Source: the human T2T-CHM13v2.0 reference genome, Homo sapiens
Direction: 5' to 3' (one strand)
Assembly: GCF_009914755.1 (NCBI RefSeq)
Contig: NC_060942.1
DNA length: 64,000 nt
Shown here in pieces: positions 45,492 to 63,739 of the stretch. Below the pieces are notes generated by a model that was not told where the DNA came from, ran no database searches, and worked only from the letters and a program-made list of their open reading frames with translations. The first letter of the stretch is position 1. Each line of letters begins with the position of its first letter. Made by a program: the position numbers and the translations under genes.

Positions 45492-45689
45492 CATGGAGGA
45501 TGAAAAGGAAGATAGTAAAGTTATACCTACAGAATGTGCCATCAAGGTATTTAAAACAACCCTTAATGAATTTAAGAATCGTGACAAATATATTAAAGAT
45601 GATTTCAGGTTTAAAGATCGCTTCAGTAAACTAAATCCACGTAAGATCATCCGCATGTGGGCAGAAAAAGAAATGCACAATCTCGCAAG
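45492..45689 (+). CDS. RIOK3: RIOK3 exon 8, MEDEKEDSKVIPTECAIKVFKTTLNEFKNRDKYIKDDFRFKDRFSKLNPRKIIRMWAEKEMHNLA-R (ATP-binding Lys290)
   Basis: acttag|C ... AG|gtaaag, 198 nt. AIKVF and WAEKEMHNL RIO1-family motifs. Confidence 0.96.
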
Positions 45690-47010
45690 GTAAAGAAAAT
45701 ATTGTGCTAGACGTAATCTTGGGTAAATACCTTTTTGCATTAGGATAAAAAAATCCATGCTTTCTTTTACATTCATTTATAGAAATAATGAAAGGCCAGG
45801 TGTATAACCTCGATTCATACTTTTAGGATGAAAAAGCCATTTTCTTTTTTCTTTCCTCAATGAAGCTTGAGGGAAATCTGGGCATTTTCTGCCTTAGACA
45901 CTTTATCATATATCTAAATGCCATTTTTAAATTGCTTTTATCACGAAGTAAAACTTCCAGCATCCAATTAGGCTTAGCATAAAAAAATGGTTTCTTTTTT
46001 GTTTCAGAAAATGTTTGTTGCATTTAATTTGTTAATTTTGTGGGAGTAAGTTCTTACCAATCAAATTACATTTTGTTTTAATTTTTATACTTGTATCTGA
46101 ATTTTCTAAGCAATTTATTTTCTATCAAAGAATTTGTTTTGTCAACCAAGAAATTCAGTAATAATCCTTCTCATTAAAAACCTTTCTATTATCTTAATTT
46201 ATTAAAAGCTTAATTTTAGTTTGTTATTTTCTAAAGATATTTGCTTTCAAAAGTAATTATTCATATATATCAGTTACAAAATTCTTCTACTGAGAGTTCC
46301 CCACCAAAATAAGCCAGGCATGGTGTGCACGTGTACTCCCAGCTACTTGGGAGGCTGAGATGGGAGGACTGCTTGAACCTAGGAGTTCAAAACCAGCCTG
46401 GAAACGTTAGACTCCCGAGACCTTGTCTCAAAAAGAAAAAAAAATGTTTTTTCAATTAATTAATTAATTCCAGGTAGAATCATTTTCTAGAAGGTCTTGC
46501 TGTCCTCCAGTCTCTTTTCTGTACTCCTGAAATTCCTGCCTTTCTTAAAATTCTTCAACAGTTTTCCATAGTGGAGCTTGCCTGTCTTTGTAGCCTCAGC
46601 CCACATTGCCCTTCCTCCTACTCACAGATCCAGCTATGTTGATTGATATACATTCCCCAAATGGACTGTGCTCTTGAACACCTCCCTGCATTCCCTTGCA
46701 CTGTCTTTATCTGGCTAATTCCTGTTCCCTACCTCTTCTTCTAATAAGCCATCCTTGGTGCTGTGTGCTCCTGTAGCTCCTACCCATACCTCTGCCAGTG
46801 CGTAATTGTAATTGTCTCTTGTCTGTCATTTCCATCAGTCCCTGAGCTCTCTATGGGCAGAGGCTGTGTTTTACTGTCTTTGTATTCCCACATCACCAGG
46901 GTAGAACATAGTGCCAGCTCATTGCAGGCCCTGATTAGATATTTATTGAATAAATGACATATTTTCTCTCCTTCTGATCTGTATATTCTGAATCATTTCT
47001 TTATGTATAG

Positions 47011-47170
47011 AATGCAGAGAGCTGGAATTCCTTGTCCAACAGTTGTACTACTGAAGAAACACATTTTAGTTATGTCTTTTATTGGCCATGATCAAGTTCC
47101 AGCCCCTAAATTAAAAGAAGTAAAGCTCAATAGTGAAGAAATGAAAGAAGCCTACTATCAAACTCTTCAT
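47011..47170 (+). CDS. RIOK3: RIOK3 exon 9, MQRAGIPCPTVVLLKKHILVMSFIGHDQVPAPKLKEVKLNSEEMKEAYYQTLH
   Basis: gtatag|A ... CAT|gtaagt, 160 nt. Confidence 0.96.
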
Positions 47171-47299
47171 GTAAGTTGTGCTTTTAAAAGCATTCACACA
47201 CTACCTTTAAAAAATATTTCCTCTAAACTTTAAAAAAATTTCCTTAAAGAAGCCAGGCATGTTGGCTCACACTTGTAATCTAGAACTTTGGGAGGCTCA

Positions 47300-47578
<279 letters not shown>

Positions 47579-48032
47579 CTACTCGGGAGTCTAAGGTGGG
47601 AGGATCACTTGCACCCAGGAATTTAAGGCAGCAGTGAGCTATGATTGTGCCACTGCACCCCAGCCTGGGCAAGAAATAGAGCAAGACCCTATGTCTTAAA
47701 AAACAAACAAAAAAACCCAAGTTCCTTAGATAGTGCTATTTCAAGGTGCTATAACAAAGACAAGTTGAAGTTTGTGAAAGAATGTTAACACTGAAGAGTT
47801 GTTTTTCTATCAATATGTGTGTGTCTTAAATAGTTTTAGAAAACTTACAGACTTAACCAGGGAAGTCGTCATTGTTAGGATTAGTGACACAGTGCATGAA
47901 GCTATTTTTCACCAAACTTCATTAAATAAAATTTGCTGTTAGTACATTTAGCAAAGTGCCTCATTAGTTTGTGAGCTTTCATGAATGTTATAGTTTTTTG
48001 GGGCTTTTTTTTTTTTTTTTTTTTTCAAATAA

Positions 48033-48248
<216 letters not shown>

Positions 48249-48808
48249 TAAGTTGGAAGGCATGTTGGGAATCTCAAGGAAACTACATGCTTTGAAATAG
48301 CAACTGAATTCAATCTGAGGGCCTTCCAGGTTGAGACAATGCTCCTAATACTGCCATTATCCCTCTGTGTTTTAATTGAACACTGGAGAAACTTAATGTG
48401 CTACTTTATGCAATCTCCACATGAAGCTGTCATGTAATGCAGCCATTGATCTAGATATGGAAATTTTAATCCAAATTAATTTTTAAAGATATAGCTAGAA
48501 AGGTGATCCACCTTTCTCTGCCTCCAAAGGTAAACATTGAAAGGAAAATCAAGTATGTTTTTCTGGCCTCTTTGGGAGGTGGGGTGGCTGGGGAAGAGAT
48601 TAAATAGTGATGAAACTTTTCTATTTAATTCTATTAAGGCTGGAAAACAAATGCATTAATGTTGATTTCTACTGTAAGACTTTGAGGGGGGCTGGGCGCA
48701 GTGGCTCACGCCTGTAATCCCAGCACTCTGGGAGGCCGAGGTGGGCAGGTCACGAGGTCAGGAGATTGAGACCATCCTAACTAACATGGTGAAACCCCAT
48801 CTCTACTA

Positions 48809-49027
<219 letters not shown>

Positions 49028-49068
49028 TTAATTATTCATTTCCTAATGTGTGCCTTCCCTCTTCACAG

Positions 49069-49149
49069 TTGATGCGGCAGTTATATCATGAATGTACGCT
49101 TGTCCATGCTGACCTCAGTGAGTATAACATGCTGTGGCATGCTGGAAAG
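49069..49149 (+). CDS. RIOK3: RIOK3 exon 10, LMRQLYHECTLVHADLSEYNMLWHAGK (catalytic loop, Asp406)
   Basis: tcacag|TTG ... AAG|gtgagg, 81 nt. LVHADLSEYN is the RIO catalytic loop. Confidence 0.97.
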
Positions 49150-49241
49150 GTGAGGAGCACATTTTGTTAACATTCAGATTTAATTACTGTAAGTAAAATT
49201 TAAAATGTAAATACATCAGTTCATGTTCTGTATTGAAATAG

Positions 49242-49331
49242 GTCTGGTTGATCGATGTCAGTCAGTCAGTAGAACCTACCCACCCTCACGGCCTGGAGTT
49301 CTTGTTCCGGGACTGCAGGAATGTCTCGCAG
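49242..49331 (+). CDS. RIOK3: RIOK3 exon 11, [30 protein letters not shown] (metal-binding IDVSQ)
   Basis: aaatag|GTC ... CAG|gtagac, 90 nt, preceded by a 92-nt intron. Confidence 0.96.
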
Positions 49332-49492
49332 GTAGACGTGTAAACCAATATGCCTTTTTTTGTTGGATGTAACAGCTGCAGGTATTTTTCTCACTCCTAA
49401 GATAAGTAAGAGGACCATATTCTTAGAAATTGAAGGAAGGGATACGGGCTGCTTTCAGGACAAGGATATAAAGATCAATTTGTCATATTTCA

Positions 49493-50154
<662 letters not shown>

Positions 50155-50666
50155 TTAAAGGGAATAAGTGAGTGTTTTGGTTCCTTGTATATAAGCAGTC
50201 GAGTAGACATTTAATGTGTGCATAGTGCTTAAACAGAAGCTGGTGTGCCTGTATGCTTGCTGCCATTATTACCATTAAAAGAGGGACAGTCTCTATTGTG
50301 GGACAGTGTCTGATCACTGTCACTGTGAAGCATGGTAAGAAGATTAGGTGGCTGGGCATGGTGATTCACGCTTACAATCTCACACTTTGGGAAGCCAGGG
50401 AGGGAGGATTGCTTGAGCCCAGGAGTTTGAGACCAGCCTGGGCAACATAGTGAGACTCCTATCTCTACAAAAAAATTTAAAAAGTAGCTGGGTGTGGTGG
50501 AACATGTCTGTAGTCCTAGCTGCTTTAACTGGGAGGCTGTTTTACTAGGGAGGCTGAGGCAGGAGGATTGTTTGAGTCCAGAAGTTCAAGATTATAGCGA
50601 GCTGTGATTGTGCCACTGCACTCCAGCCTGGATGACAGTGCTAGGCCCTGTCTCTTAAAAAAACAA

Positions 50667-50669
<3 letters not shown>

Positions 50670-50725
<56 letters not shown>
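50670..50725. repeat. (TA)n microsatellite, about 27 units, at an Alu tail
   Basis: Uninterrupted atatat... run. Confidence 0.95.
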
Positions 50726-50727
<2 letters not shown>

Positions 50728-51101
50728 TAAAATTTAGTAAGCACAGGGTTGGGTCACACTTGTTTGGCATTTCTAAGGGAAATGAATTGTTGGCAGTAGA
50801 TTCAGATAGCAATGATCTTTCTAAAGGATAGAGTAACTTCATATTGGAAATAACCTCTGAGCCTGCTTGAAATTTTTAATTTCTGGGGTTTAGTGAAAGT
50901 ATTTCCTTTACATATTCAAAGCAATGCCAAGTGGTTTTATTTATAGCACTCATTTTTATAGCTATAGAAGGTGCAGTGGTATGAGCTAAATCCAGAAGGC
51001 AGGATGGATGTGTGAGAGGATGAAAAGCAACTAGAACCTGAGTATAGTCCAGCTTGGAAGCAGGAAAATCGATGGTTGAGAAATGAGGCAAGGAATGTAG
51101 T

Positions 51102-51295
51102 GGCTCAAGAGATCCTCCCTCCTTGGCCTCCCAAAGTGTTGGGATAACAAGGATAACAGGAGTGAGCCGCCATGCCTGGCTGAGCCAGTAATTTTTACTC
51201 TCTTAAAAACTAGGTTATTCCTAATGATTCTGCCTTTGAGTTGAAATTACTGTGTGTGTGTGTGTGTGCGTGTGCACACGTGCATGCATCCAAGT
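51102..51295. repeat. Left arm of a ~195-bp inverted duplication (partner 52610-52807)
   Basis: Reverse complement of the right arm: truncated Alu fragment + ~70 bp unique sequence + (TG)n + tgcatccaagt. Confidence 0.95.
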
Positions 51296-51383
51296 CTTTT
51301 TATAAATGTGCTGCTCCCTGTTTTTAGTTTATAAGAGAACATTGCTAATACTTCTTACTGACTTTCTTGTATTTCCTTACTAG

Positions 51384-51491
51384 TTTTTCCAGAAAGGAGG
51401 AGTCAAGGAAGCCCTTAGTGAACGAGAACTCTTCAATGCTGTTTCAGGCTTAAACATCACAGCAGATAATGAAGCTGATTTTTTAGCTGAG
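51384..51491 (+). CDS. RIOK3: RIOK3 exon 12, FFQKGGVKEALSERELFNAVSGLNITADNEADFLAE
   Basis: tactag|TTT ... GAG|gtatgt, 108 nt, phase 0-0. Confidence 0.94.
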
Positions 51492-51607
51492 GTATGTGAT
51501 AAACAGCTGTTTTTCACCTTGCTGGTCATGCAGAACTGCATAGAGGAGATAACTGAAACCCAGAGCTAGTTTTATCCTCCCTTTCCCCCAAAACAAAATT
51601 AATTTGA

Positions 51608-51959
<352 letters not shown>

Positions 51960-52609
51960 TAAAATTCAGAATACACACACAGCAAAACATTTCTTCACGG
52001 AGGGCACCATTTGGTTAAGATGGGCAAACTGTACATTTCCAGTAGACTCCTATTTCCCCTATTTAATGAATGAGGAAGTTGAACACTCTGAGTGATACAA
52101 AAAATAGTAACATGTGGTCCCTGCCCTTTACTAAACATAGAAAGTTAGAAGTGCCTATCTTTGGAAATACCCGGTTATTATAATATCAGATCTAGAGAAC
52201 CATGAAAAAGCTTCCTCCAGAGAAAGTCTCTTAAAATTGAACAAAATCTAAAAGGTGAAATAGCAGTTAATTATTCCCAACATTATACCAAAGCAGAGAG
52301 TGATTACTGAGTCTGTTCCAGAAATCCCCAGGATGACTTGAGTTTGGGTAAGCTGGGCCTAGCCTAAGGCTAGAGAGAAATAACAGAAAGATGGTAAATT
52401 CGTTCTTCCAGCACAATACAGTTGCTCAGTAAGTAAGTGATACTGTTGTTTGATGAATGGTAGAGTTTTCTTTTTCCTGTTTCTGGAATGTTTTATAGAA
52501 TACATTTCAAAACATAGATGATTCCAATTGCTAGCTGGATAAAGATAGTAAATATTGACCCTTGCAATCAAGTTAAAAAAAATACATGTATGTATGACTA
52601 TTTGTGTAT

Positions 52610-52618
52610 ACTTGGATG

Positions 52619-52659
<41 letters not shown>

Positions 52660-52807
52660 TAATTTCAACTCAAAGGCAGAATCATTAGGAATAACCTAGT
52701 TTTTAAGCGAGTAAAAATTACTGGCTCAGCCAGGCATGGCAGCTCACTCCTGTTATATCTGTTATCCCAACACTTTGGGAGGCCAAGGAGGGAGGATCTC
52801 TTGAGCC
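52610..52807. repeat. Right arm of the inverted duplication, includes a (CA)n microsatellite
   Basis: acttggatgca-(CA)n-tagtaatttcaactcaaaggcagaatcattaggaataacctagtttttaagcgagtaaaaattactggctcagccaggc ... ttgagcc. Confidence 0.95.
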
Positions 52808-52847
52808 CAGGAGTTTGAGACCAGCCTGAGCAACATAAACTCCATTA

Positions 52848-53224
<377 letters not shown>

Positions 53225-53236
53225 TTATTTTTGTAG

Positions 53237-53344
53237 ATAGAAGCTTTGGAGAAAATGAATGAAGATCACGTTCAGAAGAATGGAAGGAAAGCTGCTTCAT
53301 TTTTGAAAGATGATGGAGACCCACCACTACTATATGATGAATAG
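53237..53344 (+). CDS. RIOK3: RIOK3 exon 13 CDS, IEALEKMNEDHVQKNGRKAASFLKDDGDPPLLYDE*
   Basis: ttgtag|ATA ... GAA TAG. The 13 exons sum to 1560 nt = 519 aa + stop. Confidence 0.96.
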   Translation: MEALEKMNEDHVQKNGRKAASFLKDDGDPPLLYDE

Positions 53345-55205
<1,861 letters not shown>

Positions 55206-56944
55206 TTCTTTGTGTGGTATCTTCCTGTTCCTTATATTAACTTATGTCCTGGTACCAAGTTGCTGTTTCTGTATAAAGTTAAGCAATGCTATTTTAAGTA
55301 GATTATTCCCCCTCAACTTCTCATTGTTAGATTTCAATCGCAAATGGCCTACTTCACATTACAAATAGGTTCCCCCCCTCACACCTTGTAGATTAGAGAG
55401 TAGATTTTTTTCCCATAGTAGAAAAAGAAAGTGAAAAATACTGGTTTGCTAAGTAAATAAAAAATCAAATACTGGCTGGGCGTGGTGGCTCACACCTGTA
55501 ATCCCAATACGTTGGGATGCTGAGGCAGGATGATCACTTGAGCCTAGGAGTTTGAGATCTGCCTGAGCAGCATAGCAGACCTCATCTCTACAAAACATTA
55601 GGTGAGTGTGGTGGCATGCATCTCTGGTCCCAGCTACTTGGGAGGCTGAGGCAGGAGGATTCTTAGAGCTCAGGAGATCAAGCCTGCAGTGAGCTATGGT
55701 CACACGACTACACTCCAGCCTGGGTGATAGATAAAGACTTGGTCTCAAATAAATTAATAAAATGAAAATATATAAAATACGGAAATAGGGATATTTTGTC
55801 TCACATTAAGTTATCAAAATAAGGATGACTAGATAACTTTTATTTCAACAAGATAATTACCAGTTTTCTTTTCATAAAAATTAGTTTTTCTTGCTTACAA
55901 AAGTAAGTCATTTATTTGAATTTAAATATTGTAGGAATTCAGAAATGTTCAAGTAAAAGTCCCTCGGCCAGGCGCAGTGGCTCAGGCCTGTAATCCCAGC
56001 ACTTTGGGAAGCCGAGGTGGGCAGGTCACCTGAGGTCAGGAGTTTGAGACCAGTCTGGCCAACATGGTGAATTCCTGTCTCTACTAAAAATACAAAAATT
56101 AGCCGGGTGTGGTGGCACATGCCTGTAATCCCAGCTACTTGGGAGGCTAAGGCAGGAGAATCACTTGAACCCAGGAGGCAGAGGAGCTGAGATGGTGCCA
56201 CTGCACTCCAGCCTGGGCAACAGAGCAAGACTCTGTCTCAGAAAAAAAAGTAAAAGTCCTTCATATTCCAAAGACCATTGTTTATAGTGTGGCATACATC
56301 CCTGCAATTTTTTTCCCCTCAGCATATGGTATTTCCTTTTTTAAAAAACCTTTGAACAAAAAGCAGGATGAAGCGAGGCAGCTGATGGGGAAATGTTGAG
56401 CACGGGAGACTCTAAGGAAGATGAAGACAATAGGCCCTAAGATGTGTTAGGAGTACATTTCTTACTGCTCATTTGGGCTCCGGGCATCAGAAGAGATTGT
56501 TTTCTGCACCTTTTGAAATTCCAAGCTCTATAGGAGCAGAGAAAAGCTCATCTGATTATATTTTCAAACCTTGATCCTTAGGTTTTTGAAGACAATATTT
56601 TTCTATTGGATTTTTGTCAGGATTACATAAAAATAAGTTATCAAAGTGTGTTTTATACTTGGAGACATCAGTTTACTAATTTGAAAGCCTCTTGTTTTTA
56701 TTCTTTTCCGATTTGTTTCCAGTGTAAAAATAATACAAGGTTGCATTTGGAACAGCATTACTTTTACCATCCTAAGCTTTCCAACTTTCTCCCAGACTTG
56801 GCTAGCTTTTTGAGGAGTTAAGATCAAATTCGGTAGATAAGAAAGTGGCAGATGGAGGGGTGGGGAAGGTGGGGTATTCATTACAGAATACATGAGTGAG
56901 CTACTACAGATAGCTCTATAAACTTGAGGGAAAAAAATCTGCCA

Positions 56945-57267
56945 CAGGTCTCGGCAGCTTGGGTGGTGGGAGGAGCGGCAGCAGCTGGTGAGCCCAGCTT
57001 CCAGAAGGCTCTGGTTTCGCCATTGCCCGTAGGCACCCGGCAGGCCCCCTCCCCACCACCAACATGCCCAGGAGGAAGGTCAGCTCAGTCAAGAGGGCTG
57101 TGAAGGAAAAGCCCAGGAGGAGATGGGCACAGTTGTCCCCTAACCCTGCTCCTGCAAAAGTAGAAACGAAGCCAAAAAAGAAGGCAGCAGGAAAGGACAA
57201 ACCTTCAGACCTAAAAGTGCACACAAAAGGGAAAGGGGGAGCAAAGGGAAAACAGGCTGAAGCTTGA
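56945..57267 (+). pseudogene. HMGN1-like processed pseudogene, 3'-truncated
   Basis: Intronless ORF 57064-57267, MPRRKVSSVKRAVKEKPRRRWAQLSPNPAPAKVETKPKKKAAGKDKPSDLKVHTKGKGGAKGKQAEA, aligns with HMGN1 (MPKRKVSS...EPKRRSARLSAK...KGKQAEV). The RRSARLS core is degenerate, a GC-rich 5' UTR-like leader precedes it, and the acidic C-terminus is missing. Confidence 0.88.
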
Positions 57268-57672
57268 GTCCCTGCCCACCTCCATTCCTATCTTGTCTAG
57301 CATGTTTAATTGGCAATAAGTTTTTTTGACTCTAAGTCTCTTGGCCATAGGGGTCCCACTAGGGGACATGAAGGACCCAGGGCCTGTAGCATGCCACCCC
57401 AGCATCAATATGGGCCAGAATGAAAGCTTGGCCATCAACACTGCCTCTGGGATGCGTTGACAAAAAAAGAGAAAATATAAACTAAAAAAAAAAAAAAAAA
57501 AAAAAAATTAGAAGCCCCCAACAGAATGGATCTCTCTCTTGGCCAAAGGGAATCCAAACAACAACCGAAACAGCCTGAAAACCTAGTTCAGGTCATGACA
57601 GGAAGCTGGGAGTCAGTCAGGCCTCGCCATACCTTCCCCCACTTTGGAATTCAGGCACAGCTGACCAAGCAA
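57266..57672 (+). mobile_element. MER4-group ERV1 internal 3' end, purine tract and 5' part of a MER4-type LTR (from about 57477)
   Basis: ataggggtcccact ... gacaaaaaaagagaaaa, then tataaactaaaa...agccccc...cttggccaaaggg...ctagttcaggtcatg...ttggaattcaggcacagctgacc, resembling the MER4 LTR consensus as I recall it. Confidence 0.65.
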
Positions 57673-57729
57673 AAGGGCTTCACACCTTTGGAAAGGAAAA
57701 CCTTTTGGCCGATTCCAAAGGGAATGCGT

Positions 57730-58271
<542 letters not shown>

Positions 58272-58396
58272 ACCAGCAGCCAGAGATTTCCAATCCTTTG
58301 GTAGGCAGGGCCAGCGCCCTTAAATCAGCAAGAAGACGACACAGATGACTGACCTCCTCCCTCATCAACCCTTAAGAATAAGGGATGGAAATCTCT

Positions 58397-59150
58397 GAAG
58401 GGGGAATGAGATAGGAAGATCACTGGGTGCTCGCAAGAGGATGGAAGAATCCACACAAGAGCTTAAACAAGAGCTAGGCAAAGAAACTGTGGGATAACAG
58501 AAAACCCAAAATCAGGAGGAGAAGGCTGGGTTTGGTGGCTCATGACTGTAATCCCAGCACTGTGGGAGGCTGAGGAGGGCAGATCACCTGAGGTCAGGAG
58601 TTCGAGACCAGCCTGTGCAATATGGTGAAACCCCTTCTCTACCAAAAATACAAAAAAAAAAAAAAAAAAATAGCTGGGCATGGTGGCATACGCCTATAGT
58701 CCAGCTACTCGGGAGGATCACCTGAGCCCAGGAGACAAAGGTTGCAGTGAGCCGAGATCACGCCACTGCACTCCAGCCTTGGCAACAGAGACAGGGTGAC
58801 ATGTCCATGACTCTTCAGTGCAAACCCAAATCAGGGAGAAAGGGGGTGGTACCTGGGGGTGTGGGACAGTGGGGGGTCCCTGAAATCCCCCCTCTTCCAA
58901 AATACCTAATGATTATTTCACCCCCTAATTAAAGAAACACCCATAAAATTAGAAACCCAAACTCCCTCTGTGTGACTCATTCTCACAAACATGCCTGCAC
59001 TTCTCTCTTCAGTGCATACTATCACTTTGCAATAAAAGCTTTTTGCCTTTCCCTTCATTCTGACTTGTCCCTGAATTCTTTCTCGAAAAGGTGTCAAGAA
59101 CCTGGAAACCAACTGGGGCGGGGGTCTTACCAGCATCTGCAGACCCTCCT
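58397..59150 (+). mobile_element. Polypurine tract and ERV1 3' LTR (Alu-interrupted at about 58524-58795)
   Basis: PPT gaagggggaa at 58397-58406, then TG (tgagatagg). LTR-type AATAAA at 59031. The 3' boundary is approximate. Confidence 0.7.
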
Positions 59151-59222
59151 GAAACTTCTGGAAACCATAGGGGGAAAAAAGCAGAAATCACCCACAGTAC
59201 AAGACAATCACCATATACATTA

Positions 59223-59732
<510 letters not shown>

Positions 59733-61060
59733 TCAAGATTTGCCAGCAAATACATACTTTAGAAATAGCTCTTTGTAAATATTATTCATCCTCATTTTAA
59801 AACAAAAAGGACTTTAGAAAGTTTAAAGAACAAAGTAAAAGCCACCTGAAAACATGCCAAGTAGTGAGAGCCACTATACAAATTTGGCTACATATGCCTT
59901 CAGACATCTGTCATAGAGTCTAACAAAGACTATAAAACAAAAATTAAAGCAAACAAAACTCAGCAAAACAGAAAAGCGGAACTTAAAATAAAAATAAGAA
60001 TAAAAATAAACAGAAAAGCCTATGTGTTGTTTTAGGTTTTAGAAACTGTCAGACGCACATTTTAAGCTGCTGTAAAAGGAAAACAAGCATGTCAAGTGCT
60101 TATCTTAAACACCAGGAGTTATATTGAGCTTTTTTGGTGGCTCCGGAAACACTGGCTCATAGTAAACTAAGAAAGGAGAAGAAAAACAAACTAATGAACT
60201 AAGCGCTGATTCAGTAACCCCAGCAGTGGGCAGGGCAGCCAGGTATCCATCAAGGGTAGAGCTGGCTCGAGGCTGCACTTAAGCTTTCCCCCTATTTTAG
60301 TTGACCTGTTCCTAGGTCAGAGTCCCCTCCAGGGCCCCAGGACTGCCTCTAGCAGGCTCTGTACCCCAGATTTTACTGTCCCAGTCCTGAATCTGCCTTA
60401 AAAAAAGTTTTAACAGCTTTTCAGCTTCTTAGCTTTCCTTTTCTGCTCAGCGTCTCAACCTCTCAGTCACCGCTTTCAAAGCAGCAAGTTCATTGTGGAA
60501 CAAAGCGGCAGCAAATGTCAGCTTCCGGCGGGCTGAAGTGGCTCATGCCTGTAATCCCAGCACTGTGAGAGGCCGAAGCGGGTGGATCACGAGGTCAGGA
60601 GTTCAAGACCAGCCTGGCCAACATGGTGAAACGCCGTCTCTACTAAAGATACAAAAAATTAGCCAGGTGTGGTGGCAGGCGCCTGTAATCCCAGCTACTT
60701 GGGAGGCTGAGGCAGGAGAATCACTTGAATCCAGGAGGCGGTGGTTGCAGTGAGTCAAGATGGCACCATTGTACTCCAGTCTGGGCGACAGGGCAAGACT
60801 CCATCTCAAAAAAAAAAAAGTGAGCCTCCCTTCTCCAGGCTTCCCTCTCTACAGAATCACGGCTTCTCAGGTTCTAGCTGCCTTGTTCTCCAATGTCTTC
60901 ACAAAAGGTAAAAGAACTGCCTTCACAATTAATGAAAACGAAGATCTTAATTAATTTGCTAATTGTTTTCTCATATTCTAATGTTTTCGGGTTCCACCTG
61001 TGCCAAAACTTGAGGATTCATGAGAAAATCTTTTATTTTGATTTTAATATTTTATTTTGA

Positions 61061-61374
<314 letters not shown>

Positions 61375-62031
61375 TAGTTTATTAACAGTTCATATTCAGG
61401 TTTGAATTTCACAACTAACTAGTGGTCTCATGTGTTTGTCTGTGAACAGGTGTCAGTTTGGCTGAAAATAATCACGTGAGGGGTTTGCTCCCAAGCAAGG
61501 ATGCCAGAATAGGGCCTAGGAATCTGAATTCTAAGAAATAGCACTGTTTTTTTCTTTCTTTTTTTTTTTTTTTGAGATGGAGTCTTGCTCTGTCACCCAG
61601 GCTGGAGTGCAATGGCTTGATCTCGGCTCACTGCAATTTCTGCCTCCTGAGTTCAAGTGATTCTCCTGCCCCAGCTTCCTGAGTAGCTGGGATTACAGGT
61701 GTGTGCCACTACACCAGGCTAATTTTTATATTTTTAGTAGAGATGGGGTTTCATATGTTGAACAGGCTGGTCTCAAACTCCTGACCTCAAGTGATCCACC
61801 CATCTTGGCTTCCCAAAGTGCTGGGTGTGAGCCACCGCACCCGGCCAGAAATAACATTTCTGATGCTCACTAAAGTCTGAGGGAGAAAAAAAAGGCATGA
61901 CTAACCCTGAAATGCAATGAAAAAGAAAAAAAAAAAAGGCTGGGCGCAATGGCTCATGCCTGTAATCCCAGCACTCTGGAAGGCCGAGGCAGATGGATCA
62001 CAAGGTCAGGAGATCAAGACCATCCTGGCTA

Positions 62032-62745
<714 letters not shown>

Positions 62746-62764
62746 TAGCTGGACAATCAAGACA

Positions 62765-63690
62765 TGGAATAAGATGGAACCATAAAAGACCCAGAATAGC
62801 CAATGCTAGCCTAAGCAAAAAAAAAAAAACAAAACAAAACTGGGGGAATCACATTATCTGACTTCAAATTATACCACAGAGCTATAGTAACCAAAACAGC
62901 ATGGTACTGGCATAAATACAGACACACAGACCAATGGAACAGAATAAGAACCCAGAAACAAATCCACACACCTCCTTTGACCTTTGTCAAAAATGAGTTC
63001 ACACCAGTGAACTCATTACTAGTGAACTCATTTTTGACAAATGTGCCAAAAACATACACTGTGGAAAGGACAATCTCTTCAATAAATGGTGCTGGGAAAA
63101 CTGGATATCCCTATGCAGAAGAATGAAACTATACCCCTATCTCTCACCAAATACAAAAATCAAATCAAAATGGACTAAAGACTTAAATCCAAGACCTCAA
63201 ACTGTGAAACTACCACAAGAAAACATTGGGGAAAATCTCCAGGACATTAGTCTGGGTAAAAATTTCTTGAGTAATTCTCCAAAGGTAACCAAAGCAAAAA
63301 TGGACAAATGGGATCACATCAAGTTAAAAAGCTTCTGCACAGCAAAGGAGACAATCAACAAAGTGAAGAGACAACCCACAGAATGCGAGAAAATACTACC
63401 CATCTGACAAGGGATTAATAACCAGAATATATAAGAAGCTCAAACAACTTCAATAGAAAAAAATCTAGTAATCTGATTTAAAAAATGGGCAAAACATTTG
63501 AACAGATATTTCTCAAAAGAAGACATACAAATAGCAAACTGGCATATGAAAACATGCTAAACATCACTGATTATTAGAGAGATGTAAATCAAAATGACAA
63601 TGAGATATCATCTCACCCCAGTTAAAATGGCTTATATCCAAAAGACAGGCAATAACAAATGCTGGCAAGGAGATGGAGAAAAGGGAACTC
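62765..63690 (+). mobile_element. L1 ORF2 3' fragment
   Basis: ORF 63123..63407 [22 protein letters not shown]...[29 protein letters not shown] is the L1 ORF2 C-terminal region. Confidence 0.92.
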
Positions 63691-63696
63691 TTTATT

Positions 63697-63739
<43 letters not shown>

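Noticed and set aside
53231-53243. Alternative acceptor at exon 13 (TAG ATAG)
   Set aside because: A 4-nt shift would frameshift the C-terminus. Only the first AG gives the 519-aa frame, and there is no evidence the second is used.
57064-57267. HMGN-like ORF as a functional gene
   Set aside because: The nucleosome-binding RRSARLS core is mutated, the C-terminus is lost at the ERV junction, and there is no promoter evidence.
61471-61480. TCACGTGA E-box (CLEAR-like)
   Set aside because: An isolated 8-mer between Alus with no promoter context; likely chance.
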